From NCBI RefSeq assembly GCF_037042905.1, contig NC_087246.1, positions 34,224,001 through 34,288,000 of the forward strand: DNA of 64,000 nt, written 5' to 3'. Of this stretch, positions 48,615-63,185 are shown piece after piece. Under the pieces are notes generated by a model, which was given only the letters and a program-made list of their open reading frames with translations, was not told where the DNA came from and searched no databases. Source of the stretch: Lytechinus pictus (lineage: Eukaryota). Both the position numbers and the translations under genes were made by a program. Position 1 is the stretch's first letter. Each line of letters starts with the position of its first letter.

Positions 48615-49634
48615 ACCATTCTTATAGAAACACTTTCTATCAAACAGTACTCTAATAACGAAAATAGCAGGTCCTATATTGGTTGATATCAATAGATACA
48701 GTTCCCACTTGAAAAATTAATGAAATGAAGGCTTTCAAAATAAGAAAAGAATTACAGAAAAAAAGGGAAGGTCGTGCATTCAAAAGATATATTCGCCGGT
48801 CGCTGTATCATACGAGGCACTCGGGAATATCTGGGTGAAATGCATAATGGATAATAAACTTATATCAAATTGCAGAAGAAGTGGGTTAGGGCACTCACCG
48901 TACGTACTGTCGATTGGTTTTCTCTATTTAGGATGTGACATAGATTCTATACCAGGGACAAAAGAATAAAAGATGACCGGGAAACTCTGGACAGGGAGTA
49001 CCTCCCACCTCCCTGCACTGACGCTATGAGGTAAAAAATAAATACAAATATTTTTATGCTCACTTGTAAATAAATCAACATTATGAATTTAAATGTTATG
49101 CAAATTTTGAAGGAATAAAGGGCTACTCCAGACTGAATATATAATCATTTGATTTTGATGAATAGAGGAAACGTACATAAATAACCACAAAAATGCATCT
49201 GAACTGAGTAAAATATAACGAAGTTATGAAATTTGATGTTTTGGATATTTCGAGTGAAACAGTTATATGAATGTCATTTTCAATATTCAATAAACAGGTT
49301 AAATATGTTATTATCATTATCATTATTATCATTATAAGAACTGGTTATTTTAGAGGCATCCAGTCCTGCGTTTAGAACTAACTTTTAGTACCCTTAGGTA
49401 ACAGTTTACCCATCGGATATACATGGCGACACGCATACAGCCGTTCACCGCGGAATGATTGAAAAACTGAGAGCTAAGATTCGATGACACTGTTCTTTAT
49501 TATCTGGTTTCGATGGAATTTCCTCGGTGTTTTTCAGGATTCGTGAATTTATCTAGAAGATTGATAATAGCAGCAATATCCTTCATAAAATGTATGAGGC
49601 AAGTTAATACATACAATTTGACGGATATAGATAA

Positions 49635-50060
49635 TTGTCTTGACCTTGCTTATCTTCCTGATCTTATCATTCTTTCTGTTTTGTCTAGGTCCAGGTCTTG
49701 TTCTTATTCTAGCACTTTTCGTGCTCTTGTTCTTGTTCAAGTTATTCTTGTCATTTTGTGTTGGAACTTAATCCTGCAGACCTATTTGTTATTGTTGTTC
49801 TTATACGTGTTCATGGTCTTGTTGTCCCTCTGTTCCTATTCTTGATCTTGGTCTTGTTATCCTTCTTTCTCTTGTCCTAGCTCTTGTTCTCTGTCTTGAA
49901 GTTTTTTTCTTTACTTGTACTTGATGTTCCTTAATTATTTTTTTTTGCATTTGCATTCTTTTAATAATTTCATGTCAAAAAATTCGCTGCTCCTGTTTTT
50001 GTCCTTGTTCGGGCTATTGCTCACATTCCACACCTTGTTCTTATTGGTGTTCTTATTCAT
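49635..50060. repeat. Low-complexity (TCTTGT)-like tract
   Basis: Degenerate hexamer repeats. Confidence 0.6.
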
Positions 50061-52307
50061 CATGGCGACTGGTGGTAAAGGTAGGACGAGGTGACTTTAT
50101 GGAGCCTCATCAAAGAGTCAAGCTCATCATATTTCATAATTTATTCGCAGTGGTTGACTACGTGACGACCCCATAAGTCACGTTTTAATCACCCGCGCAC
50201 CCTTTACGACCAAAACATCTGTTCTTCGCTTAGCTGCTGGCATATATTCCCTGGTGATTTACGCTCAACCAGGCGCCTCCTAACTACCACAATGATGTAA
50301 AACTCATCTTTCTTTAAAAACAAAATGAAAGGTGAATTCTTCCATGGGCTTCGCGGATTAATGAAGACTGGAGTTCTGGGGTGCCTGCTTTGCTCTTTTA
50401 ATTACATGTATTTGATTCTGTCTATCAATTTCCTAGGATCATTATAAGTCATGAGCACACTTTTGTCATGTTCGTCACAATAAGGAGCTTTAGATTCCGC
50501 AAAACCTATAGCCCATGATGCGGTTCTAGCTTCTCCTCCTGATCCATGCGCAGTAAGCCTGATTTCCCAAATTCAGAATCATGGATGAGAAATCCGAAGC
50601 TTCATGATGATGAAAAGGACGGACAGAGAGGAATAAATACATTAATGTTTTACTTCGCAAGGGACATGAAGGATAACGACTGCTCTAATCCTTTGGACCA
50701 TTTCTTAGACCTGGATTATTTCTGAGACAAAGTTGCTGTGAAAGGGATCGTCATGGCTTGTGCATCTTGCATTTCGGTCAAGACAATGGGATACAACGAT
50801 AATAATTACAATATTTTTTGTCAGACGTTTATTCCAAATTATTTTAATATGCTTAACACCATCTAGTTTCTATTCGAACTTCCACGATACAGAAACTTCA
50901 ATATGTGGGGATTATGTAATTTGATGTCGATGATTTCTTAATAAAGATTAATGAAATGTTCTGTTAGGTTCTCAATTTCACACCAAAAGTGTCACCGCTC
51001 TGCCACTCATTAATACCTTGCTACGTGTTCCAGTTTTAGCCTCTAGTTTCTGACTACTAGTACCGCCCTTTCATGCGACCCTATGCACTCTGCAAGAAGC
51101 CAAGGTAACCACATCATGTAGTAGATTTATGGTTAATACCAATTGGAAAGGAAAGTGAAGCCCCCTTTATTACCCTCGATAAAGAGTTCCGGTGATTAAT
51201 AAACGATTGGCCCAATATTATTAGATTAGACATGATTTTACACAGACCACGTGATATCTGATGACGTCATGATCTGTCCAACTTGATGTTTCGCCATGGT
51301 TACGTCTCTTAAACAAATGGCCACTGTAATATGTTTTAACAGAATAAGAGATAACGCAGGCCACAACCTATTTTTATAAGGTTATTTAATGAGTTCATTC
51401 TCTAAATATGAACAAAAAATAGAATGAGTTCATATCTTCCTAAGATTAAAGGAGAAGAGAAAGAAGTATGAAACATAGAGGAGAGCCACGTGGGAAAATG
51501 GAGAACATCAGAAATTAAGAGAGGGAAATAAATGGAAAACCTTAGACCATAATAATTAAACGCAATTAACGTATATTCCATCGATTTAGATCAACGACAA
51601 AAAAGAAATGAATTAGCCTGAGTATTGTTGTATAAGGGATATTACATTATCTGGGAAACGTTAATGAAATGATTTCAAATATGCACCGTGATCGAGTGAC
51701 CGATGGTCGATATGGCGGGGATGGGGTGAGGGCATGGTCCTCCTACACAACCCCTTCTATTTACAGTGTATACTTTTTTTTACGTGTGTGTCGATGAACA
51801 GCCCAGGCGCGAGAGGATTTTTCATAACCTTATACACAGTGGAAATACACCATGGTTCAAAACCGATGTACCTCATTTCAGCACGATCGGTAGACCAATC
51901 GGATGAAAGGTTAACAACCTTTGTATGAGGATAAACTTATCAAAGTGACGACATGGCCAAAGCAAAGGCTGTCCTACATACTCCATTAATTATCTAAGTT
52001 TATTACGACGCCTCGTAAAACCTCAAGAATTAATGGACTTGCAGGAGTGAAGACCTCAGTCGAAACTTGATTATAGCAAGTGAACGATAGAGAGAATATC
52101 CTATTCACTGAACGAGTTTCAACAGTCTTTCTTTTCATTTTGGCTTAAATACGGTTAAATTTTTTTTCTTTGCGTGAAAGAATATATGATAAGAAACGAA
52201 ATGATTCTGAATTCCAACTTTATTGTCACGCTGGATTTTTGATAGAGCTATCTTGATTTGGTAATTGTACGAGTAATGTACTGTCAGACAAAAGAAAATA
52301 TAAACAT

Positions 52308-52379
52308 TGGCACAGCGAGAATTAGACCCTTCCACCATAAGGTTATTGGACCATCACGTTTTTGCTGCACCACCTCCCA
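52308..52379 (-). pseudogene. Highly decayed orphan tRNA-iMet relic
   Basis: Ungapped colinear match (about two-thirds identity by eye) to the array gene, with a spacer-like A-rich flank. Confidence 0.6.
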
Positions 52380-54896
52380 CCTTGAAATTTTTTGTAGGTT
52401 TCATCGTATTCAAAGAAGAATAAAAGATTAAATGCCAGCAAACAGCGATGATAATGCTATAATGTAAAGCGCCGATAAAAGAAAAGTTTTCGCTTAATAT
52501 TTCTTTCTGTAACCACGGTAATAAAGTATGTCTGTATCGTTATAGAGGGACGGTGTATACTCCTGCAACCTCTGAAGAATTTTATTTATTCGATATTCGA
52601 AAATGAAAAGAAACACGACAAGACAGCATAATGACAAAACAGTCATCTTCCTGACTTAACAACAGGTGTTCTCTGGTTTCTACGACACAAAAGAAGAAAA
52701 ATACTAATCTCTGCAAACTATTCAGAAACGAATGCTCCAAATCGATTAGACATTATCTTCAGCATCAAACAGAGTCTTTTATTATTTAGGTTGTGGAAAG
52801 AAACGCATCCAGCACGAATCAATCTGTTTTTAACCAGTCTTCATCCGATCTCAAGGGCCTTGACCGCATGGAATGCTGCCTGAAGGCCTCAAGAGAAAGG
52901 GTCACTGGCTGGTCGTCATAAGATGCGGTTTATAAGAGCGGAACGCTTTCATGGCGGGCTTTTGACATGCAATCTTTCAAAGTTTTTGACAAGTGTTGTC
53001 CGTCTAGTCTGGCGAAGCTTATAAATGGTTCTAGTGTTCCATGAAAGGTCTCAGTCAAGGCTCTGACATCTTCATCATTAGAATCTCGTAAAACTCTGGG
53101 GAATACCAAATGTCCATCTCTGGTAGCCACAAGATTTCTTTCCAGAGATGAGTGTTTCATGAATGAAAAAGGGATCCCAACTCAACAAACAACTGGAATA
53201 CATAGCAAGCCGAATGTCTCTCTTTAACAAAAACAAAATGCATATTTGAAACATGAAAGCGTCGAGTTGAAAATAACATACTTCCTGTGAGTATGTGATT
53301 TATGAACATCAATATTTTGTCTCGATCCATTTAAAAAATCCCTTTCTCCCTATTCTCCTCTTCACCCTCCTCTTATACTCTCTACCTCCCTTTCCAATCT
53401 CTTGATGAATTTATTCTTTCATTCCGTTTCCTCTTTTGCTTTTTTTACTCTTTCATGTCACATATCTCATCTCTCTCTCTTCTTCTTTTTTAATCTCTCT
53501 CTCTTATTCACTCCATAATGCTACTCATTTCCCTTCTATATAATTAATTCTATTTCGACCCCCCCCCCTTTTGCTCTGTCACCCCACGCACCTGCATAAT
53601 CCCTCTTTCTTGTCATTACATTCTGATTTACTACTTTCGGTCGTTTAGCCCCGTTCTCTTACACGCTCTTCGTTTCTCTTTCATAGATTCTGTTTTAATA
53701 TTTTAATCTAAGGAAGATATGTACTTATTTTAGTAAATCATGATTTGTTTTTTTAAATCAAGCCCAGAATAAAATCAAATAAAATGGCTAAGATCGTACT
53801 AAGCCATGTCTGACCTTAAACATATGTCTTTCATATCGGTCATGCATTAATAGGTCAGCCGTGGTTTTTATTGGTCGCTCACTGGGAGATCTTTCGTTTG
53901 ACCGCTGCCATAGTTGTCCACTTTTGGTCTATAACGTTGACACTGCGGGGTTTCCATTCTACTGTATTTGTGAGGGTGTGAGAGGGTATGTGGGGTTGTT
54001 TGTGGGTGTGTGGTGGTGTGTCTCTGTGCGGGCGTTTTAACATGAACCCTAACACGGTATTACAGACATAACTACAAGTTAATTTTGCTAACGTCAATCT
54101 AGGACGTGACCGGGGCTTGAGCCTTGAACCTTGAATTTTCGGTCCGACGCGCTGGTAAAAATATATTATATCTGAACCGCAATATACTTTTGCCCCGCAA
54201 ATATACATTAGCGGAACTTTGGAGGAGGGAGGGGGTGAAGTTCATTTTAATGGTTACACATCTAAGACATTGGACAAGCATATGCATAATACATGCATGG
54301 ATGTCGTGTGGAGATAATAGCTCTCAGTACTAATGGCTATTGTTTGAGGCCCACGTAGGTGTAATTCCAGTATCAGAGATAGTTTTTAAGTCATACCCTT
54401 TCACAGCCAATTGAACTATTCGGCAAGCTCAGAGATGTTCTTAATGAACAGTGACACTGAAAGAGAGTGAGAAGGAAGAGGCTGAAATGAAATGTAAATA
54501 GTCGGTCTCCTAACGATCCATTAGTCAGTTATAATTCAGTTGGTACATATTTCTTGGATCACTCCATTGTTCACAAAATAGAAGACTGATAGGCATAACA
54601 GGATGGAGAAAGCATAGTAAGGAATAAGGCAGTTGTAAGTGCACGTTCTTTCCTATACCTTTCATAATAACTCTGAATTAAAATAGTTGTCAAGTCCCTC
54701 AAGAAATTCAGAATAAGTGGAATGGAATCTTCAATCAAAACACTTATAAATTTATATAGACAGGATAGAATGTGCCTGAATAGCTCAACAAGGTGAACTC
54801 ATGACAACATAATGTATATTTTCTTTCGTATTTTACTTTTCTTTTACTATTATTATTATTATTTTACAAAATGAGCATCATTAGTATTATATTGAT

Positions 54897-54990
54897 TGCA
54901 TCATCACCAACATCATCAATCATCATCATCATCATCGTCATCACCATCATCATCATCATCGTCATCACCATCATCATCATCATCATCATC
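54897..54990. repeat. (CAT)n microsatellite
   Basis: Visible repeat next to a gap. Confidence 0.9.
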
Positions 54991-55019
54991 AGCTACTAGC
55001 TACTTCTATTACTACTTAC

Positions 55020-55288
55020 NNNNNNNNNNNNNNNNNNNNNNNNNNNNNNNNNNNNNNNNNNNNNNNNNNNNNNNNNNNNNNNNNNNNNNNNNNNNNNNNN
55101 NNNNNNNNNNNNNNNNNNNNNNNNNNNNNNNNNNNNNNNNNNNNNNNNNNNNNNNNNNNNNNNNNNNNNNNNNNNNNNNNNNNNNNNNNNNNNNNNNNNN
55201 NNNNNNNNNNNNNNNNNNNNNNNNNNNNNNNNNNNNNNNNNNNNNNNNNNNNNNNNNNNNNNNNNNNNNNNNNNNNNNNNNNNNNNNN
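55020..55288. other. Assembly gap
   Basis: Run of N. Confidence 1.
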
Positions 55289-58200
55289 TACTACTTTTAT
55301 ATTCCTATAGGGCGCTTCGATGTAGCCCATCTCCACACAGAAGCAACAAAGCGATTCAGAAATCCGCGGTTCAAGCCCTGCAGGGTTCATGTCTCTCGGT
55401 TGTTGACGTCGTTGGCCGGCCCTCAGACGTCGATGATCATATCTGACTGATGCATGTCTGTAAAGAAATGATCAAGGACACACCCTCACAAAATTCACAC
55501 ATCCACACACCCCATTTAACAAAAATGTCACCCTTTTACAAGAATTCGCCAAAAATGTTGAGTTAAACTAAAATATAATGAAATTACACAACCATTCTAC
55601 CATGGAGCTATTAATAGCTCTATGATTCTACTCTCATCCTAATAGAGCTAGAGAATGAAAGAAAAGAAGGCAATATAAATTATATTTGTATTAAGAGTTT
55701 TCACTTTGGAAATCAATGGAGCGAAATTCAATAAATTGCATCAACATATAAAAGTAGAAGAATCTCAAGAGGGGAATATTGTCCGGTGCAAAACGATCCC
55801 ATGGCTGGGAATGATGTATGAATGTGGATTTGTTTAAGTGGTTTAAGTGCAGAGTTAGAGGATAATTGGCTCGTAGCAGCTTGACTATCTATCAAGCAAA
55901 TGGCGCCTATATTACATGACTTCCGCCAAGCTGCAAAGATGGATTGCTAACAAACTACGGTCACTATGAAATACGAATTACTTAACTTTGATAGAATACC
56001 TTTTTATTTTGATCGATTAAAAAGTACTCTGAGATAAAATAAATAGGCATATAAAAACATGGGTCAAATCAGTGCATTTTTACTATTCACGATTTGTGTC
56101 TAATCTGCTGCTCGCTTATAATATGCGCTCATTTTGAGCGCTTTATCTTCTTTGCCATTCACATTTTTATAACATAAAAATCTGTAATACATATTGAGGC
56201 AAACATCATTAAATTTCTGACATCGTTTGACAAATTTTCCGAGTTTACGAAGACTCATACTTTTTAAATCTAAAAATCAGAATATCTAAAATACAGTGTT
56301 GTGGTGTCTTTTCTGCAGTTGCCATAACTGATAGAGATTGATGTTTATTTTTTTTTCAATTAGAAGTACTGTTGTACTGTGTGATGGTATCCTTTAATAT
56401 GTACACTATCATAGTCGACAAATTCAGACTCAATTCTTTTCAAAAGAATGTATATGTGTTCAACTGATGTTTATCAGTTTTATGATTCATGAAGGTGATG
56501 ATGACGGGGATTTTTTTATTTTATTCATACAATTTGACAAGTTTTACTCGTTACATGAACGGATCTAGACCATAATGATTGAAATACAGCCCTTCAATGG
56601 AGATAAAAGATGATATCCTATCATGAATGTAACACACTCAAGTTCTTTGCACTCTTCGGTGAGCGGAAGGGTCACAAAGCAAACTTCTGTATCAATCATC
56701 ATCTCTGTATATGTTAGGCGTTGAGCTGGTAGACGCCCCTATGTACACCTGTTCATGGGTTTCATGTAGAGCAATGTGAAACGAACAGAGAAACGACAGT
56801 TGTGAGGCATAGATCATGGTCAGGGATGGCGGCGGGATTACTCCATTCTTTGAGGGGCTAATACCACATCCCTATTGGATTAAAAGCCCCAAATACAAAA
56901 TGAAACCCGCTTTGTCTGCGATATACTCTTGCAAGTGACAAATGACTCGGGGATTGGAACTTATTCGTTTCTTTTTGCGGTCTTGAATTTTTCGAGCCGT
57001 CGTTTGAACGGTGGCAGACGAATTTCTGCCTAACTCTACATATCCGAGTTACTTCCTTTTCAGTGTGTCAAGCTTGTCCTTATTTGTTAACGTTAAGTAT
57101 GAAAATGTTGAATTAAACAAGAATTGGGGAGAAAAGAGAACATGCATTTTTGTTTGGTACAGCTTTCGTGATTTTCGTGAAAAATCATATTTCTCTTTAC
57201 ACATCGTTGCTCAGAATTTACGTACTGTTTTATTTTTATTCACCCCCAAACTCAACCAAATATTGGCTAACCCTGTTTTCACGGTGTTAGAGCGTATCTT
57301 ACCGTTTGCTTATCCAATGTATTGAGGTATTTTATCCCAATTCTTACAGTCTGTCTGTCCCCCTCTCTTCCAATCTCTCTTCACTCCCGTTCCCTTTCTC
57401 TCTCTCTCTCACACCTTTTCTCTTTCTATGTCTATTTCCCGCATCGGTTCTCTGCTTCCACTGTCTTGATCTCAATGAGCAGCTTCTTGAAACCGTTGCA
57501 GAAAAGTTGCGATTTGTTACATGAAAAAACAAAAGACAACTCTCCAATATTTGATTCTTATTATCAATTAAATTCAATTTGGTTTACGTGTGTTTCATTG
57601 CAGCTCTTTCTTCAAGGGGTTGGATAGAAAGTCTGATGAAAAAGAATCATCCCTTGCTTTTATATATACATGTCCCATTGAATAAAAATCAATAATCTCT
57701 AATCCCCATCAATATCAGAAAGTGAGTGCTGTGTAATTCAATCAGTGATGATGTATTACACTTTGACCCACAGTGTACCAATAATAGTATCACATCTGTT
57801 GATTGTAATCTATTTACCAAAGCTGTTGCAATAATATTTTCATATTATATCGACTGACTATATGCTGAGAGATCCAACACGTTCTCTATGCATAGTTATC
57901 TGTTTTTAAGGGCTCCGAATTATTTTGTATTCAGCGATTACCAAAATTGTATACAAAATATCATAAATCTATTGTGAATGAAGATTAGTTAGCACGTTCT
58001 GAAGACGAAAAGAAGAAACTAATTATATTATATAATTTCATACTTTTTTCAAAAGCATTTCCCCTTTACTGAAGATTTTTTTTTATTTTTTTTTATTTTA
58101 CTGTCACAATATTGTATAATATTAATGTATACTACATTTTTACTACAATACTACTCTATAACAAGCTAACAGAATGAATATTACCCGACCAAATTAGAAA

Positions 58201-58717
58201 TCCGAAGCTTTACCAATGTGTGACTTAAAATGCACCTCTTGCGAGTATTCCACAATCACATCCCATGCATCGTACAGTCCCTGCTCGATCCGTGTTAAGC
58301 AAGCAATTATTAAAAGGTACCTTTACCGAGACCTTCGGAGCCTTCATAAAATAAAGTTTGCATTGGAAGAGTGGTGTGAAAAAAGGGGGAAAGTAACGTG
58401 ACATGGTCAAACCAAACATGGAGACAAAAAATGGGGGTTTCTTTACTTTTCGAGAATGTCAGCAGCGCAGGTATGAATATTTATAGTGTATCGTGTTTCC
58501 GCCCAACATGAGCCCATGTTGTGACAATGCATTTTCTTCAAGTGGTAGCGTCTCTGAAGGCATGGTTAGCAAACAGAACACGAGACGAGGGCGCGAAAAT
58601 ACCAGGAGCAAAAATGAGGGAGAAGCTGTAAATATTTATGATGATATGGTATTTCAATATAAGCTTTGTCCTTGTAACTTGATCTGGTGCCGATTAGTGG
58701 AACGAGCGATGCACGAT

Positions 58718-58889
58718 NNNNNNNNNNNNNNNNNNNNNNNNNNNNNNNNNNNNNNNNNNNNNNNNNNNNNNNNNNNNNNNNNNNNNNNNNNNNNNNNNNN
58801 NNNNNNNNNNNNNNNNNNNNNNNNNNNNNNNNNNNNNNNNNNNNNNNNNNNNNNNNNNNNNNNNNNNNNNNNNNNNNNNNNNNNNNNNN
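58718..58889. other. Assembly gap followed by (GAA)n
   Basis: Run of N. Confidence 1.
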
Positions 58890-60957
58890 GAAGATTGAAG
58901 AAGAAGAAGAAAAAAGAAGAAGAAAAAAAGAAGGAGAAGAAGAAGAAGAATTTCAGGGAAAAGCGTTAAAAAAGTGAAATTAAATGTGAAGGAGAGAGAA
59001 GGGGGATTAATCACGATCACTTAAAAAACATCTATATAGATTGTCTTTTTCTTTATTAAACTTATATTTCATTCAAATATCTATTTATCCTAACACTGAC
59101 GTTGATTCTTTCTTTTTTGGCAAAATGAAATCGAATCGAAAATTTGAACTAAGCCTCAATATAATTTTGTTGGTTTGCACAGTGATTGCAGGCGACAAAA
59201 AAAAAGAAGGTTAATCATGATGATGTCGAGAGATGAGTGATATCCTATTAGAACCAGAGGGGAAGAAGAGCAGGACGAGGTGAACCAGAGCAGAACATTG
59301 GAAATTATTATTGGGAACTTAAATAGACACACTACAAGAGAGAGAGAGAGAGAGAGGGGGAGAGAGAGAGGGGGGATGGGGGGAGAAGGGGGGTTAAGAG
59401 GGTGAGGGGAGAGATAAATTGAAATAAAGAGAGGGGGAAAAGAGAGAGCAACAAAAAAGGATGGGTAGAATGAGAGGGGCGAGGTGGGATGCAAGAGATA
59501 TAGACAGCGACAGATATATAGGGAGAAAGAGAAATCCAGAGAGATATGGACAGATAGTATGAAAGAGATAGAGGAGTTAAAGGTTGGTAGATTAAGGGGG
59601 GGGGGGACAGGGAGATATATATATTTTCGACTCGAATGGAGAGAAGTAGTTTATTGGTTTATCGGTATGCTTTGGGGATTACAAGGTCAGATGTACTTAT
59701 AATATCAACACAATTTTTCAAGAAATGAATGTTGCTTCAAATCCCCGCTATAGTAATCTTAAAGTGCCAAACTGCGGATATATCAAGGATGTACATTTGT
59801 GTTTTTTTTTCCAGGGGGACAAAGTGTTGCAAATGTTCGTAAAGTTATATCTGCTAGTGAACAAAGTGACTTAGCTATTCAGGAGCTGGTACACATTTTA
59901 GGGAGATTAATGTGACAAACTTAAGTATAAAACGTACATGTAAAACAAATTTCAGAGGAAGGGGCACTTGCCTCCACTTCACTCCATCGAGCGTTTTGGT
60001 TAGCTATTGAAAGTGTTTTAGAGAAAATTTATCATATTATTTTTCCTGTCTCTCGTACCTTCTTCCACACTTACCGTGACCCCTCAATTTGAAAACTCAA
60101 CAACACACATGTTCTAATCAATTTACAGCTGCTTTAAAAAAGCATATTAATTAAAGATTTGTGTAAACTGGAGTTTTGCAGTGTGATAATATTTTGATTT
60201 TGATTTTTTATAAATGAGTGAACAGCATTGATCAGAATGGTATTGGCGTCCGTTTGCATCCATGGCATTTGAGGACAACAACACGATAATGTTGAAATTA
60301 CAATGTGTGAGAAGTGCGACGATATTGGTTAAAGAAAAAAACAAGTATATTTAGGGAAAATATTTCCGTTATAGAAAGCCCAAATAAAAATATGTTGGAG
60401 AATGGTTTGTTTGAGAATGCCATAACATTAAACCCAAACATTAGGTAAAATCACTATGACTTTTGATACCTTCACTCTACAGTGCGAAGGAAATAAAGCA
60501 CTCAGATATAAATCTCTCTCTGTATTTATCAGCTCATAAAGCTTTATCTCAGGTTCCTCTATTTACCTCGCAAATCCCTCGCAATTCGTTAAGGGCCGTG
60601 CTTTTAAAGCTAATACACCCCGATACTTTGCATAAATCTATCTGGGAAAACGCCGCGTAAAACTTATCTCTAAACGACGCCACTGGGGTCCGCTGCCCTG
60701 TATGCTTTCGTTCAATAAAAGTGAAATATAAGATTCCGATTGATAAAAGGCTCATCGCTGGAGCTTTTAGCTAAAATTGCCTCGGACGTGTCTGCACTCG
60801 AGGATAGGATTGTCGCCATTGCCACATTCTTCCAAGAGGATTTGTGAAAATGGCCTGTGCTTTTGGTGAGTATGACGTGCGCCCGACCAAGTAAGTGGTG
60901 AAAATCAAACAATGAACTGGTATTTTATCAATAATTGGGTCGTAATGACATCATATA

Positions 60958-61213
60958 CACTAAAAAAAAAAAATGGGTAAAAGTGCTCCATGAGGGTAAT
61001 TATGTGTCCTACCAACATTAAGTATTTCTTATGGGCATTTTTATTCAACCAGTGCGATGAAAATTTTGCCCATTCTAAAGTAATTGCTGCTTATTTTTTT
61101 AACCTTACTGGACAATATGCTTCCCGCAGTGGGTAAAATGCTGCTCAAAATTGGTTGGACACATAGTTACCCTCGTGGTGATAAAAGTTTTACACAATAT
61201 TTTTTTTACATTG
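60958..61213. mobile_element. CACT-ended MITE, copy 3
   Basis: Homologous to 22857-23108. Confidence 0.7.
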
Positions 61214-62959
61214 TCGGTCAATCCTCACCAATATTTTCTGTCAATCACGCATTTGCCAAGAAATTGATCAAGGATCTAGTCGTGGCCGACACTTTCCCTG
61301 TGGACTTTTTCAAAGTGATTCGGCCCAAGGCCGGCAAAATGTGGACTCGAGACCAAATCTATCCCTGACGATGCCTGTTTTTAACAGTGCATTTCCTCAT
61401 ATTTCAATAAAAAAATACGCAAGGATTCGGAGAGTTTAATATTTGCATTATCTGCATTTACAATTCTCTAAATAACTGTGTCCTTTCATCTATTAAAAAA
61501 AAAGAAAATCAAAACAAAAACAACAACATTGATCATAGAGAACGAGAGAAACGATTCTGAAGGATAAAAAAGACCATCCCCTTTCTCTTTTCTGGTCGAT
61601 GTTGCAAGATTTCAACTGAATGATTTAAAGCTTTATAATGCAAAAGCGACGCAGGTTGACGTTTCATTTCCGGTGGTTCAGAATTCATTTGCATTCATTA
61701 CATTTTTTCCGTCGAAATGGTCAAATAAAGATATTTGTTGCCATTTCGTTGATAAATGCAAATAGATTCAATAGCGCATATATTTAGCGGAATACCCAAT
61801 TAACATAGATCACGATACTTTGATTATAGTCCAACAGGTTGTCATCTGTGTTTGTATTCTTTTTAAATAACTCTTTAAAAGAAACCGTATAAAAGTGCTG
61901 AAACTTTAAAAAAGATTATATTTCAAAATTACCATTATATAATTCTTTGAATAAATAAATTTGTGTATCTAGAAGATAATTCCCATAGGCCCCTATTTGT
62001 GAATATCATCTTTCCATTTGGCAAGGGGGGGGGGGGCGAATTGCAAATATCAACACACTAAATAAGTAGAGACAAATAAGAACGAAGATTAATTCTTTTG
62101 ACATGTAATTCAAATCTCGGTGACCCATCATTCGCTCCTGCAACAAACTCCCGTGTTTTAATATCAGATTACATAGATAGGGTTTGGATTTGTACCAGGA
62201 TTAGGGTTTTTGGTTAGGTTTCAATCCTGGCTTAATGGCCAAATGTCATGTAATCCACTTTAGTGTCAGTGTGAATAAGCCTTGAAGATGGAGAAAGAAT
62301 GTACCTCGGGCTTATTATCGAAGCAAGGGCGAACTGAACGGATGGAGTGGAGCGAAGAAGGGCCCCCACTTGAGTTGTAGCCGGTAGGGGGTGCACACCC
62401 TCAAAAAACCATCTGGCGGCGTAGTTTGATAAATAGGAGTCCCCGCTTTATTGAATTAAGCGTTATAGATCCTCTCCCAGCGTGCATACGTGAGATAATG
62501 CAATTCGATCTCCGGTTGCGCTTATCCCATGAGTGTGTGTGGGTGATCAAGTGTGGGATGTGTGCGCATGTGCGCTATCGGATTATCGTACGGATCATCC
62601 TTCTTGTATTCAAGTAGATTTGAATGCAGACACAAGTCATGTTATTTGATTCAAATATATGGATATTAACCTCATTAAAAGGTCGCACATGACTTTGAAT
62701 GAAAAAGCCTTTATTCTATGATTTCATCTCTCAGAATAACAAATGTGTTAAATCCACTGCATATTTTTATTAATTGACCTATGATTTAAACAATCCATCG
62801 AGGCTTTCTTGGAAGTGCCGTGGTCATCTGTCTAACTATTTTGACTCTTGGATGTGGGTTAAAACTTCAACCTTCGGCCATTGAGGTTGTTTGGAATGCT
62901 TTTCCGATAACGATCTACAGTAGATGGGAACTTACTACGTAATATCGAACGCGCTGAGA

Positions 62960-63185
62960 TGATGCTGATTTTTACGATTATTCTGATGATTCTTATTATT
63001 ACTATTATAATTAACATTGTTATCATTCTCATTATCACCAGTACTTTTAATGTTGTAATCGTTGTTGTAGTAAATATTATCATCATTATCGCCATCATTG
63101 TTATTATTATTATTGTTATTACTATAATTACGACCACTATTATCAGCATCAGAGCCATTATCATTTCTATTATTACTATTGCTAT
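62960..63185. repeat. Degenerate (ATT/ATC)n microsatellite bracketed by ~45-bp direct repeats
   Basis: CGATCTACAGTAGAT-GGAACT at ~62911 and ~63231. Confidence 0.8.

Noticed and set aside
52040-52070. Hammerhead-like TGAAGAC-CTCA-GTCGAAAC (also CTGATGAG at 4261)
   Set aside because: The first lacks the CUGANGA core and the second lacks the GAAA and stems; no complete fold is visible.
54896-59020. ORFs spanning N runs, and poly-S/K/E/N/I ORFs
   Set aside because: Artefacts of gaps and microsatellites.
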